A stretch of 64,000 bases of DNA, from positions 1-64,000 of IMG/VR virus record IMGVR_UViG_3300007965_000002. The stretch is one strand, 5' to 3'. Shown piece after piece: positions 26,471-33,110 of the stretch; the stretch's first letter is position 1; the number at the start of each line of letters is the position of its first letter. The stretch is from a virus. Lineage: Duplodnaviria > Caudoviricetes. The notes under the pieces were generated by a model, which did not search any database, was not told the origin of the DNA, and saw only the letters and a list, made by a program, of their open reading frames with translations. Position numbers and translations under genes: made by a program.

Positions 26471-26636
26471 AAGTTGGCATGGTTTTTGTTGCGAACTATT
26501 ATCATATGCGTTTTTGCTAATATACCTATATGCAAGTTTGCTAATATTAACATTAGATTCTACTAATATAAGTTGGCATGGTTTTTGTTGCGAACTATTA
26601 TCAACAAGAATCGTGCCAAGTCAAGAATCGTGCCAT
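26471..26636. repeat. 34-bp direct repeat and four sigma54-like boxes
   Basis: AAGTTGGCATGGTTTTTGTTGCGAACTATTATCA at 26471 and 26570; reverse TGGCACGATTCTTG at 26603 and 26620. Confidence 0.7.
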
Positions 26637-27178
26637 AACAGTAAAATCTAATATATAGCTCTAGAACGCGCTATAACGTGATTTGCCGGTACTATTATTT
26701 TTTGAAGCCCTAGTATCAAAACCTTTTTAAAATGCCACCAGCAGCCAAAGCGTGACTTATCCACAAAGTTATCCACAAGCAATGGGGTTGACATTCTCAA
26801 AAGGCCATTTCTATCCACAATTTGCTAGTTATACATAAAAAATCTGTGGATAAGTGAATAACTAGCATGTTTTACAAATGTCAAATTTATTTGAAATAAT
26901 GCTTAACAAAGTTATCCCCACCTGGTAGAGCCTGGACGTGCCCCTTGTGGATAACTATTACCAAATAGGCCGATTCCTTGGATTCTAGGAAAGTTATCCA
27001 CAAAATTACAAACCAGGAAAATTATCTGTGGATAAGTGCCCTGTGGATAAGTACCAAATAGCACCAGATTCAACAATCTATTTGTTTTGATATACGACTG
27101 ACCAAAAAATTAAAGTCGCTTAAATCGCTGTTTTGATGCCTTTACGGGCATATTAGTTATATCTAATATATAACCATG

Positions 27179-27195
27179 TTGGCATGGTTATTGCT
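27179..27195 (+). promoter_or_regulatory. sigma54 -24/-12 box
   Basis: TTGGCATGGTTATTGCT. Confidence 0.7.
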
Positions 27196-27395
27196 ACGCG
27201 CTCGCACCTGTTTCTTTTATAAACTAGCCCAGGCTTATGCATTCTAGTTATAACTTATATTAACTAGTTATTAGACGGTATTTTTTAAACGTGGTCTAAT
27301 AGCTTCATTGAAACGGGACATCATTTCAATGTTATTTTTACCCTGTGATGTGAAGCGGCTTTGATTAGCGCGAGGTACTAGGAAAAAATAAAAGC

Positions 27396-27470
27396 TTGAC
27401 AATAAAAACGGTTCCATGCAATAATAGCTCCACTGATTAGGCAGCATCCTAAACGTTCTTTAACAATCTG
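27396..27470 (+). promoter_or_regulatory. pre-early promoter with rrn-like boxB hairpin and boxA
   Basis: A-tract UP element, TTGACA-18-AATAAT, TTAGG-CAGCAT-CCTAA hairpin, CGTTCTTTAACA. Confidence 0.6.
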
Positions 27471-27591
27471 GTAACAAAAAAGTTTCACTTGCCTAGTTAA
27501 AGTTATCATTAATCACATTATTTATTAGTAGTGTGATTATTGACTAACTTTTAGTCAATACCACTAACTAAAATCATTGGAGATTTTAAAA

Positions 27592-27978
27592 ATGGCAAAG
27601 GCACCTAAAACCCAAGAAACGAAAAAAGCTACCGTATTGCGTAAAAATCACGGTACTAAGGGCAATTTTCCCCCTAAAAAATCTTGGGTAACATTAAACG
27701 GAAGGATTAAAACCGAAGTCGTTTTATGTTCTGGAAATTTCGAACCAATGCGAACGGGCGACAAAGACAAAGACGCCGAAGCAATGCGACTTTATCGCGA
27801 AGCATACCGCGCCGATTTGCGAACGCTTGAACGCCAAAAACCTGTTAAGCCTAAAACATTATTCGACCTTTATGTGTTGAACGGTGGCAAGGCAAGACAC
27901 CCGAAACAGCTAGCAGGCCAAATTGTGCAAATGCTCGGTTATTCGCATAATTCAAGCGCTGAAATTCGCATTATTTAG
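27592..27978 (+). CDS. basic pre-early protein
   Basis: GGAG RBS before ATG 27592. Confidence 0.7.
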   Translation: MAKAPKTQETKKATVLRKNHGTKGNFPPKKSWVTLNGRIKTEVVLCSGNFEPMRTGDKDKDAEAMRLYREAYRADLRTLERQKPVKPKTLFDLYVLNGGKARHPKQLAGQIVQMLGYSHNSSAEIRII

Positions 27979-27981
27979 GGG

Positions 27982-28188
27982 ATGCTAATGTTTATATTAT
28001 TTGTTGCTATATACATGTTAGCGGCTTATTTAATTGGTTTATTAACAGGCCAATTATTGGAGTCAAGAGATAAAACTTTCTTTACCTCAGAGCCTATCCA
28101 CGGCCACGTTTTATGTGTATTGTGTTTGTTCTGGCCTATCCTGCCCTTGCTTACGCAAGCCAGCAGGTTAAGGAAATTTAAACCGTAA
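27982..28188 (+). CDS. small membrane protein
   Basis: Two TM helices; position resembles the T5 pre-early membrane ORF. Confidence 0.6.
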   Translation: MLMFILFVAIYMLAAYLIGLLTGQLLESRDKTFFTSEPIHGHVLCVLCLFWPILPLLTQASRLRKFKP

Positions 28189-28277
28189 TATAGAGTTATC
28201 TTAAAGAGCGTTTATTAAGCGCTCTTTGTGGCTAACTTTAGCCATTAACTAACTAACCCTTTCTAGGAGATTTACAA

Positions 28278-28745
28278 ATGACTACAACTAAAACACCAGC
28301 TAAAAAATTCGCTTGGAATGATGAAACCTGTTCACAAGCTGCCGCGCTTTATGCTGAATTACTAGGTGCAACTTACAACCCTGTTACTAAAACGCTGGAT
28401 TTTGAAGTTGGTTCGAAGCCTACTGTCGATTTACACACGGTAGCAAACAGCGAAAAAGCTTTAAATGCAATCGCTGTTAAAATTGGGGCGAAATCTGGTC
28501 GTGCTGTTCGCGGTAAGTTATCAAAAGAGGGCGTTTATATTACCCTTGAAGCCGTCCCAACTCCAAGCACCTCGACACGTATCTCAAAAGGTCAGTACGT
28601 GCGTTCAATTGCCGAGGGTTTAGGCGTTGACCTTGAAACAATCCAAACGCTTGATAAGGCCAATTTAGAAGCGTTGGAAACCTTAACAGCGAAATTAAAC
28701 GGAGTGTTGAAAGCTGCCGAAATGCCAGAAATCACTGTTAAGTAA
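28278..28745 (+). CDS. A2: T5 A2-like DNA-binding / second-step-transfer protein
   Basis: FAWNDE..., IA..IGAKS..AVRGKLS, K.QYVR.IA resemble T5 A2; synteny with A1 and dmp. Confidence 0.8.
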   Translation: MTTTKTPAKKFAWNDETCSQAAALYAELLGATYNPVTKTLDFEVGSKPTVDLHTVANSEKALNAIAVKIGAKSGRAVRGKLSKEGVYITLEAVPTPSTSTRISKGQYVRSIAEGLGVDLETIQTLDKANLEALETLTAKLNGVLKAAEMPEITVK

Positions 28746-28782
28746 TTGTTAACTGGGCGTTAATTCTAGCGCCCTTTAATTT

Positions 28783-28798
28783 CCCGTAATGACGGAGT
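28783..28798 (+). promoter_or_regulatory. repeated hairpin-RBS leader CCCGTAATGACGGAGT (also at 29263 and 31335)
   Basis: Three identical 16-mers, each 6-8 nt before an ATG. Confidence 0.75.
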
Positions 28799-28806
28799 AT
28801 TAAAAA

Positions 28807-29244
28807 ATGTTTTCACCCAAACTCAACTTATCTGATTTAGTCGCAGAGCATAAAGGCCATATTGCAGCCGTATTAGATACCCAGTCCGAAATTGAGCGCT
28901 TAAAGGAACTAGCATTTCAGCAAAAAGAAGCGGCTAAACTTGACCGTGATACGTTAACGCAATTAATACGCCAATTGTCTAACGAGCGTCACCCAAGCAA
29001 CAACGGCATGTTGCAAGAAGCAAATGTTAGCGCTTTGCTTGGCGCAATCAATATTAACTTTACTGCTTATAACAGCTCAAATGATGAAGTTAGACTAGCG
29101 TATGATAAGGCCGTTAACGTCTACAATGACGCAATGGTAAAGCTATTTAAAGCAAAAATAGCATATATCGAAAGTTGTGCTGTTTATGGTAGTATGGCAG
29201 GCTTATCGGTTAACTGGCAAGCGCTAGAAAAACGTAGCAAGTAA
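28807..29244 (+). CDS. pre-early helical hypothetical protein
   Basis: ORF after the leader repeat. Confidence 0.7.
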   Translation: MFSPKLNLSDLVAEHKGHIAAVLDTQSEIERLKELAFQQKEAAKLDRDTLTQLIRQLSNERHPSNNGMLQEANVSALLGAININFTAYNSSNDEVRLAYDKAVNVYNDAMVKLFKAKIAYIESCAVYGSMAGLSVNWQALEKRSK

Positions 29245-29284
29245 GCAACCCCTTTAAATTTTCCCGTAATGACGGAGTAACAAA

Positions 29285-30958
29285 ATGAAACAAGTTAAAA
29301 ACCTATCTGTAGCGACACAAGCGGCATTGTTAAATCTTGCTCAAAATGAGTTTAATTATTATGGCAAGCGTACCCGTTCAACTCGCCTAACTTGTGCTGA
29401 ACAAATGCTTAGAGAATGTGAGTTAATCGGAACGGTAGAAAGTGCCGATTTAGTGGAATGGCTGGCAGAAAATAAACCAGCACCAGCACCAGCCAAAGAA
29501 AAAGCCGAAAAAGTTAACGCTCCGTTAGTTCCTACTTTCAACGGCGAGTTAATGCATCGTGACGATATTATGCAAAGCTTACCTGATGGCGTTTATATTA
29601 TTTCTAGTGCGCAAAATAATACATTGCCGCACCCTACACTAAAATCATTAAAAACTTTAGCGGGTGTTTTAGAGGCTCAACTTTTATTGATGCCTATTAA
29701 ATACACAACAACGCTTGATAGCTTGGAACGCAAAACGCCAACTTATGACGATAGTGTTACACCTTATCTAGTAGAGAATAATATCTGGCTAGGTGGTCGT
29801 GGCTGTGTTCGCTTGGCAGTTGGGGCAAATATCCTGCCAACCGCTAAGCAGCCAATTAACACGGCAGCAAACTTGAATAAAGGCGAGTCGTTAACCGTTG
29901 TTGCCTCACCTAAAAAGCAACTCAAAACACTAGCCCGTTCAAAAGATGGTGCACATCGTTGGGTATATACAACGGGTTCATGTACACAACGCCATTACAC
30001 TGACACCAGAGCAGGCGAGGAGGGATGTGATTCACATACGTTCGGGGCATTAGTTGTCACTGTTAATGAGGGTTATGTCGAGCATCAAGAAATTGTGGCA
30101 GATGAAAGCGGGGCATTTTATTATGATATGGCCTGTTATGATGGTTTTAACATAACAGAGATTCACAAGACACCAGCACTAGTTTTAGGTGACTTACATT
30201 GTGAAAAGATGTGCGAAAACTCGCTTGTAAGAGCATTAGCCCAAATTGATATTTATCAGCCCTCACAAGTTATTTTACACGATACACTAGATTTTATGTC
30301 TAGAAATCATCACAATCGAAATAGCGGTTTGTTTCTATATACAATGGGTTCCCGCTCTGTTTTAGATGATTTAAATGATGCTGTTCATGTTGTAAATAGA
30401 ATTGCTGCCCAATGCGATAGCGTTTTTATCGTTTGCAGTAATCACGACTTAGCCCTTGATAGCTGGCTTGATGACCCAAAATACAACGCTGATAAAGACC
30501 CTATCAACGCTAAAACGTATTATTTCTTGAAACATGCTGTTTTAGAAGCAATTGACAGCGGGGACGAACTAGACGCACCACGCTTAGCAATGTTTGATTT
30601 AGCAATCACTAAACTAGTCGAGCAGTTAGCGGAACCATTAGCCAGTAATGTTATATTTGGCCGTCTAGATATGAGCCATAAGATTAACGGATTCGAATGT
30701 GGTTCTCATGGGCATTTAGGTAACAGCGGCGCACGTGGTTCGCAACGCTCGTTTAAAGCTTATCAGATGCCTTGGATTAGCGGCCATACACATTCACCCG
30801 CCCGTGATGGTAATGTGTTAACCGTGGGCGTTACTGGTTCGCTGGAAATGGGCTACAATAAAGGTGGTACTATGTGGGATAGAGCAAACGCCTTAATCCT
30901 GCCAAATGATACAGCCGTATTAATTCCCACGTATGCAATAGGAGAGCAGCAAGCATAA
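29285..30958 (+). CDS. A1: T5 A1-like DNase / DNA-transfer protein
   Basis: 557 aa; IISSAQNNT, TTGSCT..HY, LGDLH, SNHD, HGH.G..GARG, GHTHSP, GVTGSL..GYNKG; synteny. Confidence 0.88.
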   Translation: MKQVKNLSVATQAALLNLAQNEFNYYGKRTRSTRLTCAEQMLRECELIGTVESADLVEWLAENKPAPAPAKEKAEKVNAPLVPTFNGELMHRDDIMQSLPDGVYIISSAQNNTLPHPTLKSLKTLAGVLEAQLLLMPIKYTTTLDSLERKTPTYDDSVTPYLVENNIWLGGRGCVRLAVGANILPTAKQPINTAANLNKGESLTVVASPKKQLKTLARSKDGAHRWVYTTGSCTQRHYTDTRAGEEGCDSHTFGALVVTVNEGYVEHQEIVADESGAFYYDMACYDGFNITEIHKTPALVLGDLHCEKMCENSLVRALAQIDIYQPSQVILHDTLDFMSRNHHNRNSGLFLYTMGSRSVLDDLNDAVHVVNRIAAQCDSVFIVCSNHDLALDSWLDDPKYNADKDPINAKTYYFLKHAVLEAIDSGDELDAPRLAMFDLAITKLVEQLAEPLASNVIFGRLDMSHKINGFECGSHGHLGNSGARGSQRSFKAYQMPWISGHTHSPARDGNVLTVGVTGSLEMGYNKGGTMWDRANALILPNDTAVLIPTYAIGEQQA

Positions 30959-31008
30959 TGTTAGATAGAGATTATAACGGCTACCCCATTAAGTAACTTA
31001 ACCCGCTT

Positions 31009-31024
31009 TGTTCCACGTGGAACA
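31009..31024. promoter_or_regulatory. parS site 1
   Basis: TGTTCCACGTGGAACA within the 24-bp perfect palindrome 31005-31028. Confidence 0.8.
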
Positions 31025-31055
31025 AAGCAACCCCCCTTTTTACGGAGTTACCCAA

Positions 31056-31292
31056 ATGTCACAAGTTAATATCACGTTTACCAAAGACACCCCAGAATCA
31101 TTCGAACCTGAAACAGGGCAATTTTTTCAGGTTAATGAATGCCATACAAACGAATTGATTTTAATAACTGACGACACCCATGTGTGCGTTATTTTATCTA
31201 GTGGTCAATTAATGGACGTTGAAAACCTAGACGAAAAGCTTACCCGCGATAACTTAGTTATTGATTTAAAAATCGAAGCAACCATTAAATAA
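31056..31292 (+). CDS. pre-early hypothetical protein (78 aa)
   Basis: GGAG RBS before ATG 31056; the track start 31008 is unlikely. Confidence 0.65.
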   Translation: MSQVNITFTKDTPESFEPETGQFFQVNECHTNELILITDDTHVCVILSSGQLMDVENLDEKLTRDNLVIDLKIEATIK

Positions 31293-31303
31293 TTAACCCG
31301 CTT

Positions 31304-31319
31304 TGTTCCACGTGGAACA
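31304..31319. promoter_or_regulatory. parS site 2
   Basis: Identical palindrome at 31300-31323. Confidence 0.8.
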
Positions 31320-31358
31320 AAGCAACCCTTTTTCCCCGTAATGACGGAGTATTAAAAA

Positions 31359-31982
31359 ATGAGCCAATTTAAGCCAAAGCATATTACAATTTTTGACCTA
31401 GACAGAACCGTTATAGATAGCGACCATCGCACCCCCTACGATAATGATGGCAACCTAGATTTAGCAGCATATCGCGACAACCAAACACACGCTAACATTA
31501 TGAATGACACACTTTTACCCTTAGCTAAACTTATGCAATCGCGCATAGCCCAAGGGGAAACCGTGGTAATCGTTACTGCAAGGCGCATGATTAAGAGTGA
31601 TTACATATACCTAAGAAAGAACGGATTAAAAACCGCGTATACTTGCAGTCGTGACCAATTATTCAAGCGCTTCGATAATGAAACCGCATCAATGATTTAT
31701 AATCTTAATGATGCAAACTACAAATGGCATTGGTTTAACCATTTACAGAACCGTTTTCCTCTTGCCTCGTTTACTGTATACGATGACCATAAAGGCGTAT
31801 TAAAGGTGGCGCAATCGTTTGGCTTTCAAGTGTACGATGCAATTAGTGTTAATAGTATGCTGGCTGATTTTCTTGATATGGGATTTGAAGAAGGATTTGC
31901 GCAAGGATTAGACGCGGGTTATCTGGACGGGGAAATGAGCGCTATTCATCAGGTAATTGAATTTGACAGCAGAGCAGCCTAA
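31359..31982 (+). CDS. dmp: deoxynucleoside-5'-monophosphatase (HAD)
   Basis: IFDLDRT, VTAR, YDDH HAD motifs; last pre-early gene, as in T5. Confidence 0.8.
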   Translation: MSQFKPKHITIFDLDRTVIDSDHRTPYDNDGNLDLAAYRDNQTHANIMNDTLLPLAKLMQSRIAQGETVVIVTARRMIKSDYIYLRKNGLKTAYTCSRDQLFKRFDNETASMIYNLNDANYKWHWFNHLQNRFPLASFTVYDDHKGVLKVAQSFGFQVYDAISVNSMLADFLDMGFEEGFAQGLDAGYLDGEMSAIHQVIEFDSRAA

Positions 31983-32103
31983 GCGCAATGCTGGTAGTAT
32001 ATGCATCAATGCTAATATAGTGCAATATGTTAGCATTGCATTATCCCCCTGTTAGAGCATTAGCCCTTACTAATATATAGTAAGGGCATTTTTATTATGT
32101 ACA

Positions 32104-32208
32104 AATGATAATCAATATCAAATGAGAATCATTCGCATATGATAAGCCAGGAACAAATGATAATCATTCGCATTTAGGGTGGGGGCGGTAATGAGACTCA
32201 TTCTCATT
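32104..32208. promoter_or_regulatory. four Fur boxes
   Basis: At 32104, 32121, 32156 and 32190 (e.g. AATGATAATCATTCGCATT, AATGAGACTCATTCTCATT). Confidence 0.7.
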
Positions 32209-32305
32209 TGACCCAGGCCCCACCCCTTTTCATGTAACTACTATGAAAAATTAGAGGAAATGGCTTAGGCCGCCTCTAAGAGCAACTAAGCGGTTCCCTG
32301 AAAGC

Positions 32306-32455
32306 AACTATGCATAATTCCCCAACTATGCATAATTCCCATAACTATACATAATTCCCATAACTATGCATAATTCCCCTAACTCCCTATACTCCCTTTA
32401 CTTCCCAACTTCCTATACTCCCTTTACTTCCTATACTCCCCGCACCCCTCCACTC
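32306..32455 (+). repeat. short tandem repeats near the inferred genome end
   Basis: AACTAT(G/A)CATAATTCCC x4, then CCTATACTCCCTTTACTT-like repeats. Confidence 0.8.
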
Positions 32456-32624
32456 CCAAAGAGACTACTAATCTAAAAGACTCCAAATACAATTCTTAAT
32501 TTTTTAATTTAAAAATACTTGGCTAGTACCTTACTTGCATCCGAGGTAGAAAATTAATCTTTACATATATTAATAATAACGTTATAATAACCCTATTATT
32601 AACACACATCTAAGAGGAAAGTAT

Positions 32625-33110
32625 ATGTCTACCCAAGATAAACTAGTAGAGTATGATGACGCGTTGCTCCCAGAGACTATTAGTCCCCAGGGATTATTAA
32701 TTGCAGACACATACCTAACCAATGGCCAAGATGCTAAGAAAACAGCTCTAGCTTTAAAGATTGATGAACAAGAAGTTCGTAGATTATTAAGAACACCAGA
32801 AGTCCGTTCGTATACTAACGCAGTATTCATGGAGACAGGCTTCAGAAATAGACACCGCATGTTTGGTGCCTTAGACGAGATTATTAACCGTAAGTTAGAA
32901 GAAATGGAAGAAACTGGTACTACTACAGATGCAGATATTTTAGAACTAATGGTTAAGTATCATAACATGAAAATGGCAGAGATGAAAATGGAAAAGGAAC
33001 TACACGAAGCTAAGTCCCCTACCATAGGTCGTCAGAATAACGTACAAGTTAACCTTAATGGCGGCAGCAACTACGACAATCTTCTAGCCTCCCTAGCCAA
33101 AGGAAATTAA
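32625..33110 (+). CDS. terS: terminase small subunit
   Basis: ISPQGL.IADTYL, F...G(F)RNR; directly upstream of terL; T5-like. Confidence 0.85.
   Translation: MSTQDKLVEYDDALLPETISPQGLLIADTYLTNGQDAKKTALALKIDEQEVRRLLRTPEVRSYTNAVFMETGFRNRHRMFGALDEIINRKLEEMEETGTTTDADILELMVKYHNMKMAEMKMEKELHEAKSPTIGRQNNVQVNLNGGSNYDNLLASLAKGN

Larger units (their letters stand above)
26183..27050. promoter_or_regulatory. DnaA box clusters 2 and 3 (10 perfect boxes plus degenerate ones)
   Basis: TTATCCACA at 26183, 26274, 26329, 26757, 26769 and 26994; TGTGGATAA at 26845, 26946, 27027 and 27042. Confidence 0.85.
22750..32460. repeat. inferred long direct terminal repeat / first-step-transfer region (boundaries approximate)
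   Basis: T5 synteny (early genes - stop-signal region - divergent pre-early genes - A2 - A1 - dmp - terS); different codon usage; short-repeat arrays at both edges. Only one copy is visible. Confidence 0.65.

Noticed and set aside
23054-26651. Track ORFs 23054..23236(-), 25359..25577(+) and 26430..26651(+)
   Set aside because: No RBS, and they run through motif arrays or antisense to real genes; likely spurious.
22948-32080. NrdR boxes (recurring CTAATATA(T)AG motif)
   Set aside because: Spacing and flanks do not fit ACACWATATATWGTGT; left as an unassigned AT-rich motif.
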